DNA of 64,000 nt from Zygnema circumcarinatum SAG 698-1b (lineage: Eukaryota > Plantae > Zygnematophyceae), in NCBI GenBank assembly GCA_037447605.1, contig CM074807.1, positions 2,490,327-2,554,326 on the forward strand, read 5' to 3'. Position numbers and translations under genes: made by a program. Shown here piece by piece: positions 39,001 to 53,009 of the stretch. Every line of letters begins with the position of its first letter. The first letter of the stretch is position 1. The notes under the pieces are model-generated. The model did not search any database. It worked only from the letters and a program-made list of their open reading frames with translations, and had not been told where the DNA came from.

Positions 39001-42000
39001 CAACATCATCATGGTGTCAGCCATTGGCAATGATGGCCCATTGTATGGCACTCTCAACAACCCCGCCGATCAGATGGATGTCATAGGCGTGGGCGGCATC
39101 GATTACAGCAACCATATTGCATCCTTTTCCTCTCGAGGGATGAGCACTTGGGAGCTGCCCCACGGGTGAGCTGAAGAACATGTTGAGCTGTTCTGGATGT
39201 GAATTTTTCTTGTGATGCAAGCTATAAATCGACTTCTCTACTGTTAAGTGTCAGGGCCTTCTTTTGTCCAACCTAGGCTTAAGCTGAAAGTTAAACTCAA
39301 ATTAGTTTTCACGATTCGCATGTTATGCCTGTCCAAACATGCTCCGATGAATAGCGGGTGAAACTGCAAGCATGTAAACACTTAACCATGCATTCGCAAG
39401 CTCCAAATCCATTTGGCTTGCCTCCTTCAAACACCCAAATTCCCTCCACCCTCCCTCTTGGCAGCTATGGCCGAGTAAAACCCGATGTGGTAGCGTATGG
39501 CCGAGAGGTAGTAGGCTCCAAAATTGGCGGCGGCTGCAAGAGCCTTTCCGGCACATCCGTGGCCTCCCCTGTAGTGGCCGGCGCTGTGTGCCTACTGGCG
39601 AGTGTGGTGCCGGAAACCAAGCGCTGGGAGGTTCTGAACCCTGCCAGCATGAAGCAGGCTCTGGTGGAGGGAGCCCTACGCCTAGATGGGCCCCATATGT
39701 ATGAGCAGGGGGCTGGTCGGCTCAATTTGTGAGTCCTATAATGGCCTGCAGCTCACTTTGCCTTTTGCTGTATGCGGGCCCTATCGAGTTCGCATCTGAC
39801 AACTCTCTTATAGGGAGCAGGCTGGGGGCCTATGCAGTGCTTGCCAGCTACAGGCCGAGAGCAAGCATCTTTCCTGCAGCCTTGGACCTGACAGATTGCC
39901 CCTATGCATGGCCATTCTGCCGTCAACCTCTCTATTCTGGGGCAATGCCGCTCATGTTCAATGCTACCATCCTTAACGGTATGGGAGTGGTGGGATGGTT
40001 GGAGTCACCCCCTATATGGGAGCCCACACTCCCAGCAGGGAAGATGCTGGATGTGCAATTTACATACTCAGATGTTATCTGGCCTTGGACCGGCTACTTG
40101 GGTCTCTACCTTAGGGTGAAGCCGGAGGGGCAGCATTATTCAGGAAGCATAGAGGGGGAGGTTTCTTTTACAGTGGTCTCTCCCCCAGGGTCTGGAGAAG
40201 TTGCGCAGCGTAAATGGACTTGCAAGCTGCCCTTAAAGGTGGCAGTCATACCAACCCCTCCTCGCGCACAGCGCATTCTGTGGGATCAGTTCCATAGCAT
40301 TCACTACCCTCCGGGATACATCCCACGCGATTCGTTAGATGTTCGAAATGACATTCTGGACTGGCATGGGGATCATCCTCACACCAACTATCATGGTTTG
40401 TATGATGCTCTGCGCGAGAGAGGGTATTTTGTGGAGATTCTTGGGTCGCCGTTCACATGCTTTGATGCGCGCCAATATGGCACCTTGTTGCTGGTGGATT
40501 TGGAGGATCACTACTTTGAGGAGGAGGTGAGTGGCTTCTTTGGCACACTGTACCACATCTAATTCTATATACCGAATTCACTTTTGCTATTTCTCATCTC
40601 CCTGCCCATTGTTACATTCCTTAGTATGGATCGTAGGATGACTTGAAACCCGGTCGTCCAAGTGTGCAGGTGGAGAAGCTTCGTCGTGACGTGCAGGAGG
40701 AGGGTTTGGGCCTCATTGTATTTGCGGAATGGTATCATGTTGACACCATGGTAAAGATGAAGTTTTTTGATGACAACACTCGCAGCTGGTGGACTCCCGC
40801 AACAGGAGGGGCGAATATTCCGGCTCTGAATTTGCTTCTTGCGCCACATAACATCGCTTTCGGCGACTCTGTCCTTTCCGGCCTTTTCTCACTCGGGGGA
40901 GAGAGAGCACAGTACTCCTCAGGGACAGACCTTCGGCGGTTTCCAAAAGGTGGTTTTGTTCACCGCTTCCTCTTCCATGATACAGTCGGCACAGCAGGCG
41001 GTATGGTTTCTTCAAGGAGTACTACGGTACGACCACAGGTGTGTGACTAAATCCCGTTGTAGATCCCGTTGGTGTGCATGCTGTAGTCTTCATTACACGG
41101 TTGTTAGAAATTATATTCAAAGGAGGCATCGTCGAATGTGTGGCTAATCGAGGCTCTGCGATGGTCGGGAGCAGGGGGAAGCCTCTATTCTCGGTCTCTG
41201 CGAATCGGGGAGGGGGCGTATTGCTGTCTTCGGGGACTCCAACTGCCTCGACTCATCACATATGGTAACAGCGTGCTATTGGCTACTGAAAAAATTTCTT
41301 TCCTTTACCACTTTGGGTGAGAGAGACGCGACTCTGTTTGCCTCCGTGAATGAGCTTTTGGAGCCTTTAGGCAGCAGCAACGATTCGCTTCCGCAGTTCA
41401 GAACTGACGTCAACCTGAGCGCATACTCAGCAGTGTTGGGACACGAGCTCATATGCGGAAGTGATGCACCACTCAATTTGGTTGGCACGCCGGGCCTTTT
41501 AGGAGGCAACTACAGCAGGAATACCCCAAGCAGGAGCCACGCAGAGGAACAAATTGGGACTAATGACAAAAATCAGAAATCTGTATTGAATACAGTTGTA
41601 GGCATGAAGGCAGGGCATCCAACACAGGAAAGGCAGCAACTAGGTCCTCCTAAAGTAGAGTCAGAAAGATTGCCAGGTGGAAACAGGTTGGAGAAGCTTA
41701 TAGAAACGGGAAACTTTACTGCAAAAGCAAAGAAAGGTTTTATGATTCCGACACTGGTAGATCTTAACGCGAAATCAACGATCGATAGAGTGCATGTCAC
41801 AGACCACGAAGTGGAGGATGGGTCTTCTCAAGGCAGAATAACGGAACGAGCAGGCGTGGAACTGAACGAGGATGGGCATACGCATACCTGGATAGGGAAA
41901 AACCAGAGGCTGCATTTTACAGATGAGGTACGATTGGCAGCAATCTCCAGGACCTGTAAGAGTGCCAATAATCGTCGAGTTTATCCCAATCACGTCTTGT

Positions 42001-42402
42001 TGCCGTGTCCAGCATCAGCTATGGTGCAGGTCAGAAGGCATCACTTGACTTTAAGCTGGCCCTTAGCTTAAGGAGATGAGTTTGCTGTGAGGTGGGGAAT
42101 GCAGCTTGATGCCACTATGGCAGCCTATCAGTGGTCCATTCCTCTACTCCTCTGCATTTTTGGTGAGTGCCTCTCACCTGAGTGGGTGGCTGCCTCAGAG
42201 AAGCTTCCAATTCAAAATTGCAGCTTCAGCTTCTTTTTGTTCACTCGGAACGCGATCTGGTCACAGTTTCCTGACGTAATGCCGTTTGCCAATTTCAGGC
42301 TTTTTGCTGCTTTGGAGTCTTTGGAGATTGACGCAAGGCAGGAAGCGCCGTCGACTTGGTCGGAAATTACCTGCAGGCCGAGGACTGCTATCGTCCATCT
42401 GA
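36060..42402 (+). CDS. SBT6.1: Site-1 protease (SKI-1/S1P, subtilase SBT6.1)
   Basis: Signal peptide, prodomain [24 protein letters not shown] processing site, catalytic D (VFDTG), H (GHGT), oxyanion N (IGNDG) and S (GTSVASP), WDQFHS..GYIPRD domain, C-terminal TM (SIPLLLCIF|GFLLLWSLW) and basic tail ending TGA 42402. The start may be 36117. Confidence 0.95.
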
Positions 42403-43095
42403 TGTTATCCGTTACAGCGTCACCCCTGCCTCTCCATTCGGCACAGCTGTTCAAGCCAGTTCTCGGCTGAGAACTTTAGGGTTTGGGCTCCTTCCTGCAG
42501 TACAATATAGTGCTTTCCGGCGTTATCTTGTTTTTGCTCGATCTGTTCAGCACAGGCGGCGCATTCTTTTTTCAAAAAAAAAATGAATAAAGTATTAACA
42601 GTTGACGATTAACAGTTGACGTATTGCAACACTCGTGGGCTTTCGCTTGGCCTAAAGCTCTACACATGCGGAGTCACCTCTGTGTGGGTTATCGCTGGTC
42701 AAAGGTTTTGAGTTGCCAGGGATTGACCCAAGATGAGGACTTGGGTTTCACGCTGCTGCTGCAAAATTTTCCACTCGCAGCGTCAAAATTATGCGCAATA
42801 CAAAAAGTAAGCTATGAGGCAAATCGAGTTCATGAACGACTCATGGCGAATTTGCAAGTCGAGTCTGTCCTACCACGCTGACGAATGAGTACTACCCCAA
42901 ATCACACTACAAAGAAATGCCTCTTGCCTAAGTTAACGCCTGTACAAGAACACCACGTGTGCAGCTTCTTTGTTCCGCATGCTGTAACTCTGCCTCCATA
43001 CATCCTCTCAGTACCGCCTTCTTCCTCATACTCGGAGTGCTCCAGGCCTACTCCGGGTTCTGCAGTGCTCCGCTTTTGGCTGCCTACAAAAGTCA

Positions 43096-46000
43096 TCACT
43101 TGGATGGGCCAATGCCAACACTTCCCGCTTCCGGTTCCGGCTCGGGCTGCCTCCTGGACTCATTTGGGAGAGCCCTCTGTACCGTTTGCAGGAATTGAAG
43201 TGTTCGAGAGTAAATGACATCAGAAGGGGTTCGCGGTTTGCACGCGTTCACATGGTCGCTGTCCTCAAGCAGCTGCAAACCCCACGTGAAAGGCATTCGT
43301 CACTTCAAAATCCGCTTTTATAGGGCAGCTTTTCTCGATAACTTAGATCTGTTTTACAGCATCTCAAATACTCCCAACCTTCTCTCAGATTTGCTTTAAT
43401 GCTTTTGTTAGCTTTGCTTCAAGAATTTCCGCATGTTCCAAAATGCACTTTTTTCTCTGGAGTGATCCTAGTACAGCCATTGGAATTTGAGCCCCAACCA
43501 GTTTGGCAATCAGTTCTTACCACAATATCACCGTAACCTGGATAGGCCGACTCTAGCGGGACGATTTCCATTTTGAGAGCAAGGCCTCCATATGTGCGGA
43601 CCACAGGTGAGCGCATGCTCTGCAGAGTCATCTCATGCCAGGCACTGCCATCAGCAGTGTTCTTCATGTGCGAGAGTTTGGAGAGTCTAGCAGAATGAAA
43701 CTGCACCAAGGAAAGGCAAACAAATTTCTACCATCCTCTCACCTCAGAGAAGCTAATAACCGCCACTTGGCCTTTCTGATGAAGCTGCTTCACTATTCGG
43801 TTGAGCTCATCCAGGCGTGGCGATACGCTCCTTAGATCCTCAACCTATCGACCCGAAGAAAGAGGCATTTAGTGCTGTTCTCAAAAAATCTTCAGGCTTA
43901 ACAATAGTCTCAGCACAGGAGTAAAAAGTCTACTAACCGATGGGGCAGGGCGCAGAACAAGGCCCATTCGCCAAGGCATGTCAGCCAGGCGGCTTCCAAA
44001 ATGTGGCACGGAAAAAAACACCTGAAGACACCCGAGTCCTCTCCTTCAGTGAGACCCTCTGCCCAACATTCAGCTCTCTACTAGGGCTGCAAATTGAGCT
44101 TGAGGCAAGTGTAGTGTGTGGGACACTAACCATGCCCCGAGTGTGCTCCACCAGGCGGCGGTATTTTGGATCATGTTGTGCTAGCAGCAGCATCTGCTTT
44201 GCAACAAGCCCCCCCATGCTGGCAGCCCCCCCGTTTCGTTTAGCCAGATAAAGTTAAAGTCCATGAAACCCACGTTACTTGCAACAGTGTAGTCGCTAAG
44301 CTCTTGATGAATACACACCTGTGGCAAACAAACACTACCGGCCGTTGCCCTACTCCAGCGGCCCACAGTTTGGGAAGAAGCATCACACTCAAATCCTGCA
44401 ACGCCAATGTTTCCCAAAACAGACGAGTCGGAGGAAACAAGCGTGTCAAGCCCCAGTAACCCACTTATATTGATGCCCCGTTCTTGCAAGAGTAAGAAGC
44501 AGGTAGAGAACATACTCTCAGAGGTAAGGTGGCGCCGTTCCACTCCGACAGATTGGTCTGCAGGCACATAAAACCATCTGAGAAATGGTTCCCCACCACT
44601 AACAGCGCACAGCTTGCCTTGTTAAAGTCCATAAACTGGCAGTTCAATACAACGTATAAGTAAAGCATGAAAGTAAGTTCGGCAAAGTAAGACGCATACA
44701 TGCAGTGCGAAATTCTTTAACACACCTTGTACTTGATGCTGAGCAGGCGCGCATTGGGAAAGTCTTGTGCCAACCAGTCCTGTGGCCAAGAAGTCCCCTC
44801 CTGCCCTCCTTTCTCATCTATCTCCCCAACATCCGCCGGATCCGCCACTCGCCATGTCTTGAAGGGCCCTCCACAAAGGCCATGCAAGAACACTACATCC
44901 AGCTGAGGATCAGACACAGTAGAAGGAGTGGACAGGAGAAACACTCCATCTTCATAGCGCAGGGGCACCTCCGCATACTTGTGCATTTTACCAATATGTT
45001 GCAAGCATGCTTGCGCATAACTGCGGCTCTTCCTGTCAGTGCAGCCTTCCTCCTCTCCCTTCACGCACCTCTCCAGCCATTCTATCCATTCTCTGTCACT
45101 AGAAATGATGGCCAGGGCTGACTGGTGGGCTGAGAGTAGCTTTAGCAACCGAAGAGCATGCCTCTTTGCGGACCATTCTGGCGGGCAGCTCTCAAGTTTA
45201 GCCCGCAACAAGATGCGTCTCAGAAGCACCAAACCTCCTGCACTGATGATGTGCTCCTGGCGAGATGGATCCTCAGCTACAAGTTCAGCGAGAGATTTCA
45301 GTGCTCTTGTTACAGCGTTTTCTGAGCTTAACTTTAACCGCCCTTTCTCTTTAGCTGCCACCGGCGCGTCCCTTTCTCGTTTGTTCACAGCCTCGTTCTT
45401 TACTTCTTGCCTGTGCCCTCCAGCAGCTGCCTCCTCAGCAACCACTCGAGCAAGCTGCGCTGCTGCCACTGCTGCTTGCTGCACAATTTGCTCCTGTGTA
45501 AGCCTCCCCTACCCAATCTGTCAGTTTCATAGAAAGTAGACATTTTGGCGCAGCTCTGCTAGGCTCGGGAGAAGTGCTGAACCTGCAGGGCCTCGTGTTT
45601 GGTAGGCAAGCTCCGAGACGCCTCCCCTGTCCGGGGTAAGAGCACAGTCAGCAGTTTGGCCAGCCATGCCTTGGCCAGCGTGTCTCCCATTCCCCCCTCG
45701 TCTCGCAAGATTCCATCCAGCACCTGCGACCCAACTTTGCGCATGTCTAACAGTGACTGCTTATCACAGCTCCAATGCATAAGCAGGCCTGACCAGCGCC
45801 TTGCTTCCTCAGGCAGCAAGTCGGGGCCATGTAGCAGAAGAGCGTCCAATACTCTAGCTACAGCTCGTTGCAAGTCCAGCTCACTCTCCTCTGAAAGGGC
45901 CACCTCTCGCAGCTCACTGATCCCCGTGTTGCGCAACCAGTTCCGTGCCCTTTCACTGTGCTCAGCGCAAGCTGCAAGAGCTTCCAGCGCATGGCAAGCT

Positions 46001-47765
46001 AACCCTAAATCTTGTTGTTCCCATCCCTCTCCTATCGCACTTTTGGTTGCTGCCAGCAATGGAACAGCATAAGCCTGTCCCAAGTGATCTGCCATTTGCC
46101 TGTCGGTCTTCGCAAGCCCTGGAAGCAGGGCTGTCACTGCTGTGGCAATATGCCATCGCACGCTGCGTTCAGGAGCACAAGCTCCCGAAGCTACGGCACA
46201 CCCCTCAGGGTCAACCTCTGCGATTGTTCGCTGGTTGCTCTCTGAAGCCTGACTCCATCCTGCCAGAGACCAAGCTGCTAGGAGCACAGCCACTGTTGTG
46301 CCTGACAAGTCATCCCAAAGGCCATGGTCGCTCTGTTTCCTGTGCTGCCACTGGGAAGCCTTCCAATGCTTCCCTTCTCTATCGTGACCCGCGCTCTTCT
46401 GAAAAGATCTACCTGCATCTTCAATTACTTTCTGAACCCCAGGACCATTGTCGTGAACAACCAACGGGCCTTTTCCAGTTTGCATCTGAGTGCTGCCATC
46501 AAGGAAGGTGCTGCTAGCATGCAGTACTTCCAGAGCAGCCGTCACATCCGTCAGCTCAGCGTCACCGTCGAACAGCGAAGGAACCGGGCTGGCAACCATG
46601 TCCATGATTGTGTCAAGCAAAAGCCGCCCTTGAATCTCTTCGTGGCCCTGCACAACAATTGCTTTAATAGCTGATTAGAAAATCGCGATTCCTCTTCCGA
46701 ACAACATACATATCTTTAATAAGGAAGGAAATGCACTTTTTTTGAAATGCAAGTTGGTTTTCCTTGTTTACAGATATTGGGCAGATGTCGCTCCATAAAC
46801 AGAGGACCCTTTTTTATACTTCCTCCATGCTTCGCCAAGGTTTTTGCCGGAAGCAAGGCTGTCTGTCCTACACCACTGCAGTGCCAGGAAACAAAGTGCA
46901 GCTAACGACCTCTTCCAGGTCATAGGACACCAATTTCTGAGTGCCTCACGAACAACTCCTTGTGAATAAATTTCTTGCTGTGACCAAGAAATAGCGAGAA
47001 GTTTCTATTTCTTGCTATTGCTATTAGAAAAAAAGCAATAGCAATACAAGAATAAATGATTTTTACCGATTCTTTGTCTCAAACGAGGTTCGACATACAG
47101 AAACCAAAGGAGGTACTCAAGCAACCTTAACGTATTTTGCTCTTTCGAGGTCTGCCACGATGTTTCGCATTGCAATTAGGGTGAAGGCTGTAAAGTACCT
47201 GTGCATGGCTGCAGCTTCGGGATTTTACAAAGTGGAGGAGCGACATCAGCGCACCCTGGTGTGCCAGCACAGAGCTGCGTGTGGCTTCATCTCCTAGAAG
47301 ATATGCTAGTGCTCTTGCGGCCTCCGTCTGCACTGCAAGATGATTTCCTCGAATTGCTGAGAGCAACCACCGCACAACTTCCCCGTTGGCAGCTGCTACA
47401 ATGCCCTGTCTCCGTTCCGCATTTGCTGAGAGGTCGGCAATAGCAGCTGCTGCCTGAGCGGGCCATGAAAACTGCTGAGAGGGTACCGCTGCAGTGAAGC
47501 AGCGCAGAAGCACCTGTGTTGCTCGGAGAGCTTCAGAAGCTTCCTTCACAGTGACCTGCAGCTCACCTGCTCTTGCGAGAGCACGCTCTGTCTGACGGAT
47601 TGCCTCTGCCTTAAGGGCGACCTTCTGAGAGTCTACTGCAGAAGCGATGTGCTCCTCTTGAAGCAGAGCGAAGGTGGCTACGCCTGCAGCAGCTGCCAAT
47701 ACGATGCCCTTGCCACTGCCCACAGCTCTCACAGCTCCTCTCAAAGAAGGCGCTGCCTTCTGCAT
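43096..47765 (-). CDS. SERAC1: SERAC1-like protein (N-terminal TM, ARM repeats, C-terminal alpha/beta-hydrolase)
   Basis: LDVVFLHGLCGGPFKTWR, WPQDWL..FPNARLLSIKYK|TNLSEW, RPVVFVCHS|MGGLVAKQ (nucleophile elbow), PHFGS, IVPLESAYPGYG, DHVNACKP. Confidence 0.9.
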
Positions 47766-48083
47766 GGCCCTGAAATGCTCTCGCGCTCTTCTGCAACCTC
47801 AGGAGGATACTGCTGTTCTCCGCCTTCCTAACGAGGACATCCCCTACTCCTCTCTCCCTCCCGGCACTCCGCCATAGCCAATCCTGATCTGACCGGCAGC
47901 AGCCCTCCTATACGCTTCACTTTCCCCACTTCTAGTGTGCAGGATGATATTGAGACGTGGCCGCAGCAGCAGAGTCCACCATGGCTTTCAAGGACTGCAC
48001 GCGAATGCAGCCATGGTGTCCTCTATTGCTTCCTCCGCACGCTACGCGTGCCCGAGTTAGGAGCAGCAGCGCAGGAGGCTCCT

Positions 48084-51000
48084 ATGTCCTGCGCTGCCAT
48101 GTCCCCTTCCTCCCTGCTTCGCCACTTCCCTCTCGGCAGCAAGAACGCCAAAGCTATCAATTTATCTCTCGGCTGCGGTCCCTCTTTCCTCAATTGTTGG
48201 CGAGAGCCTTCTGCCTCGAGGCCAATATCAGGGAAGGCCTCTTCCTGGAGCGAGTTCCGAGGACTCAGAGTTGGCAGAAACGCACCACAGAAGGTGAAGT
48301 GGTCCTTGCATCGCTGCTTGGACGCAGACTTGACTGCGAGAGCACAAACGGCAGGCATGGCTAGTTTAAGCATTCAAGAGGAGGAGAGATGCAGTTACTT
48401 GCGACAGGCTGAAGCTGCAGCAATCGATGAGGAGCTCATGGGTCCACTGGGGTTCAGTATTGACCAGCTCATGGTGAGGAGTGGAAAATTCTGCCATTAA
48501 CCCTAGGTAGAATGCCCACTTGCTTTTATGAATACCGCTGAAGAATTCAATGGGCTGTATAGACGAAAAGACATTTCTAACTTCAGGATGTGAAAACAAA
48601 AAAAAAATTCAGATGTAGTGGACGGTTTTGCAAACGATGAAGTACACTTAGAGCCTCGCGGCCTAAGGGGTGTTGTCTGGCTTGCTGAACCATCTAGGAG
48701 CTAGTGTCACGATGATAATCAGAATGCTGACATCTGGGAAGCAGTTTCCACTAATTCACCGTGAGTAGGGTTGGAGGGCAGGAGCTTGCTGGACTGAGTG
48801 TGGCCTGTGCTATTCACGAGGTTCGCTTCATACCATTTTCCCATCCCCACGCATGATTAGAGATGAATTACATCTATTTGCGAGTATCTGTTGCTGAAAT
48901 GGATGTTTCGTTCGTCTCCGAGCCTTGGCAATCTGGCAGGCTATTTTGATTTAAGAAATTGAAAATGCTGTGCTATTGCTTTTTTGTCTATCTTGTTTCT
49001 TGTTTTAGCATCGTGCAGTTCGAAGACTCAATCCAATTTGGGAATGTATCTTATTCTCCAAACAGGTTTATACCCCGCTCAATCATCCTCGCGTCCTGAT
49101 CGTATGTGGACCTGGCAATAATGGAGGCGACGGCCTTGTAGTTGCAAGGCACCTGTACCATTTTGGTTATCACCCCACTGTGTGCTATCCTAAGCGTACA
49201 GATAAGCCCATCTACAAGGGTCTCGTGACACAGGTAGAGCACCTACTCAGTTTCTTCGATAGACTTAAAGGAGGTCAGAGATTTGTTAATCATCATTTGA
49301 CAACGTGAAAAATGGCGTGTCAGCTGGAAAGCCTTGCAGTTCCTTTCATTCCAACAGACGAACTGCCTGATCGATTTCGCGATAGATACGATCTCGTGGT
49401 GGATGCCATGTTCGGATTCTCCTTCCACGGTGCGACTCACTTGCTTTGTTGCATCACAGAAGCTCAATGAGGTGCTCGAAGACACTAATGTATAGATTGA
49501 ATGAGTCTGGATCAGCTTAAAGGTTCATTCGGAGTTCCTCATGCCTTCATGTTTTGCTGACAGTGTTTAAGTGGAATCGAAATGCACTTAGTCTTATCAT
49601 CGACCAAGATCTGTATCTTCTTCGAACCTGACGTGACTGTCTTTTTTGCTCGCCCCCAAATGTATGAAGTTCCTCAGAAGCCTCGATTTGTGCATTCACA
49701 GGAATTCCAAGGGCACCCTTCGATGCTATTTTGAAGAAGCTACAAGTGCCTCCTAACAGCACGGCTATAGAAGCAGGAGTCCCACCAATTGTCTCCATTG
49801 ATATCCCATCGGGTTGGCATGTCGAACTGGGTGATGTGGACGGAACCGGTCTCCGCCCCGATATGCTGGCAAGTGATGCGAGTTGCCCCTGGTTGGGTTC
49901 AGTTGCAGCAGAACTAAGTTCATTTTGGGAGTGATAAAAAGCTAAGTTCATTTTGGGAGTGATGGAAAGCCCTTGCTTTTTTGCAGGTCTCTCTGACTGC
50001 ACCCAAGCTGTGTAGCCGACAGTTTACTGGGCCTCACCATTTCCTTGGAGGCCGCTTTGTGCCTCCTGCAATTGCAGCCAAATACAAGCTGCTCCTTCCC
50101 CCATACCCCGGTTCGGCCATGTGTGTCCGTCTTGGGAAGGTGGAATACGATATGGCGGCATTACGAAAGGACTACGGTGATTGGGAGCTGCTGGAGGAGA
50201 ATTGTAAGGAGGATCCTATAGAGCAGGTAACAAAGAACATCTCTACATTTCCTCAAAGCAATGTAGAGGAGGCTTGCCTTGCTGCCTCGACCTCCTCCGT
50301 CAAGATCGACATCTCAACCCTACAGTCTTAGCTACCTCTGAAGCCGTGCTGTGACTTGCAGTTTCGCATATGGTTTGAAGAAGCATTGGCGGGAGGAGTG
50401 CCTGAGCCAAATGCCATGTGTCTATCCACAGTTGATGCAAACGGCAACCCGTACGTTCTCCTGCTCCTCTCTCTTTCCCTCTGCAGCACATCCGCCCTTC
50501 CTTACTGGGGCTGCGAAAATTTGCACTGAGGCCTGTACTTAGCTCCGGATGGGAGACCAGGTCTTCACGTATGGTCCTCCTCAAAGGCTTCGATAGTCGT
50601 GGCTTTGTTTGGTACACCAATTACAACAGCCGCAAAGCGTCTGAGTTGTCTGGTCCAAACAGTGGTTCTGCTGCACTCGTCTTCTGGTGGCCGCATCTTC
50701 AACGCCAGGTATGAGCAGGGCATCTTTAAATACCGCTGCATTTCCGATATGCGAGGCAGATCACTTGTAGCCATAGTTTGGTGCATGACCTCTGTCGTAT
50801 GGGTAATTGAAAAGTTTTGGGGGATTCGTTTATAGAGTATGGAAGTGAACTGGGACAGGTCCGAGTTGAGGGCGTGGTGGAGAAGGTTACACCAGAGGAG
50901 TCCGACACGTATTTCCAAAGCCGTCCAAGGGGCTCTCAGTTGGGAGCGATAGTTAGTCCACAGGTGCGACACTGATTTCACTCCCTACAATTGGTGGATG

Positions 51001-51522
51001 CTCGGAAATCCAAGGAAGAAGTTTGACAGACAGTTTGGTTTCTGGCCTCTATCCAGAGCTCCGTAATCACCGGTCGTCACGTCCTAGAGGACCTCCAGCG
51101 TCACTTCACAGAACAGTTCCCTGAGGGGTGAGTGAGAGCTTAAAGCGACTGAGCTTCAATTTAGCATTAGTGAATTTAGAGCTGATGCTTGTTTTATTGC
51201 ATGCTTCAGTCAATCCTTAGTGAGCTATGGCTGGGGGTGAACAGAACGAAGATTCCACGACCTGCAAACTGGGGCGGATTCCGGCTCCTTCCCAAGGCGA
51301 TCGAATTTTGGCAGGGAAGGGAGTCTCGCCTACATGACAGGTACTTAGGACTGCGTACTTTGGAGGGCCATCAACCTAAAATAGTCAGCATGGAACGTCA
51401 AATTGAAGTCAGCGATGGATGCTTAATATGTGCGCACGGAGGTGGGCAGGTTGCTGTACAGCAGGCAGTTGACCGCAGGCGTGGAGGGAGGACAGTGGCG
51501 TATTGATCGCCTCGCACCATAA
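48084..51522 (+). CDS. PPOX1: Bifunctional NAD(P)HX epimerase (YjeF_N) / pyridoxine-pyridoxamine 5'-phosphate oxidase
   Basis: [20 protein letters not shown]|[37 protein letters not shown]|VSLTAPK, then [59 protein letters not shown]. The start codon is uncertain. Confidence 0.93.
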
Positions 51523-53009
51523 ATTGGTGACAAAAGAAGCGCAGCACTTGCTGACGCTGTCTGTGGAGTTCATGGATTTGCCTGTGGTAGACCATGAAGG
51601 GAGAAAAGAGTATTCCGAAAGCGCTTGTTCTGACAGACGCTGTCTTAAAGGAGGGCTTGAACTTAGCACAAAGCCCTCTTTCTGGAGTGTGTACTCTGCT
51701 TCACCATTGAAAGTAGCAGCTTGTACGCATTGTCCTTATAGCGCGGGATTTGAAAGACTTGTAGTCATGAAGTGACTTGCTTGGGAATCTCTTTCCTTCC
51801 CATAACCTATTGCCGGTTGTACAGCAACTCTCGTCAGTTTTGTTGTTGTAAGCTCAGGGAGGTTGTTTCGGAGTGCTGAAGGATAGGCCTTGAAAGAAAC
51901 TCGCGCGGCCAGTTGATTCTCCTGCGATGCAGCAGCACGCTCTCGATTCCTCTCTCAACGATGGTGACCCCCCTCCACTTTTTAGAATTGGGCTTAAGGA
52001 CAGGCAGGCCATTGCTTGTTGCCAACTCTACTGCCCCTACAGGGCAGGCCATGTATTGTGCTGCTCCCAGTTGAAAGGTTTTGCCGCAACATGGTGAGAC
52101 TTGGCTGACCGATTGAAGCGAACTTGAGAATTCTGCATCCGGTTGAGTTGTTGCATTTGTGGTGTTGCTTTGACTCCACATGCCGGTGCCAACAAAAGAG
52201 GGCATCTTTGCCAGCCTTGGAAACGTCCCTTTGGCAGCAAGCAGTGACAGCAGCATTGCATTTTTCATTGCTCTTCGATCTAGGGCCCTTCGGATGTGTA
52301 AAACGGGTTGCATCTCCGCTGCTATTCTTAAGTATTTTTAACCCAATTCATACGAAAGATCAAACTAGGTCAAACTGAACAGCACAAATAGGAGCAAAAG
52401 ACTTTTCACCATGTTGGAATGAATCACCCTGACGGGACCGTCAATGTCGAATAGAATACTGTTCCTCCCCCAGTTCCTTGTTTCAAAAACGAATTGACAA
52501 GACCCTGTCACTTTGTGTTTGTCTGCGGCTGCCGATTTCCACTTCTGAGACGATACATGATAACAAGTTGGATCGCTACTTTCTCTCCGGAAGACAGAGC
52601 TGATAGGAGCATCCACGTCACACGAAATATGGTGGGTTTAGAGAGTTACGGGTTCGGGTGGCAGGGGCCTTAATGGGAGGAATTTCACAGTTTGCAAGTT
52701 AAGATTCAGTGTCATGCTCCGCCCTTATCATACCATTCCAAGGGACCTGAAAGCGTGTAAACCTAATAGGATTGGTGTACTTGTTTAGATACGCTCACTT
52801 TACATCAAAGACCTGCCAGCATAGAGCACCCACACTGACTACGAACATGAAATCTGGGCGGCACGGTTTCATGAATGATTCATGGAGGAGCACATTCACA
52901 AGCAAATGACATCAACCATGCGACTTTATAGTCAAAAGCATGGTATACCGTCAGCTGCCTACCAAAAGCCACCAATAGGTGAAAATTAAAGCCTCTGCCA
53001 GTTCCCTGC

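Noticed and set aside
47012-47044. 11-bp-stem hairpin TTGCTATTGCT/AGCAATAGCAA in a SERAC1 intron, and a similar small stem at ~37660-37692
   Set aside because: Short and AT-rich or low-complexity, with no TSD or second copy in the window.
49914-49965. 22-bp direct repeat in a PPOX1 intron, plus 12-13-bp duplications near 32832 and 42597
   Set aside because: Ordinary slippage duplications with only two copies and no spacer array; not CRISPR-like.
51834-52313. 159-aa ATG-initiated minus-strand ORF between the PPOX1 and RPS24 3' ends
   Set aside because: No recognisable domain or supporting exon structure, and the length is attainable by chance. RNA-seq or a homology hit would be needed.
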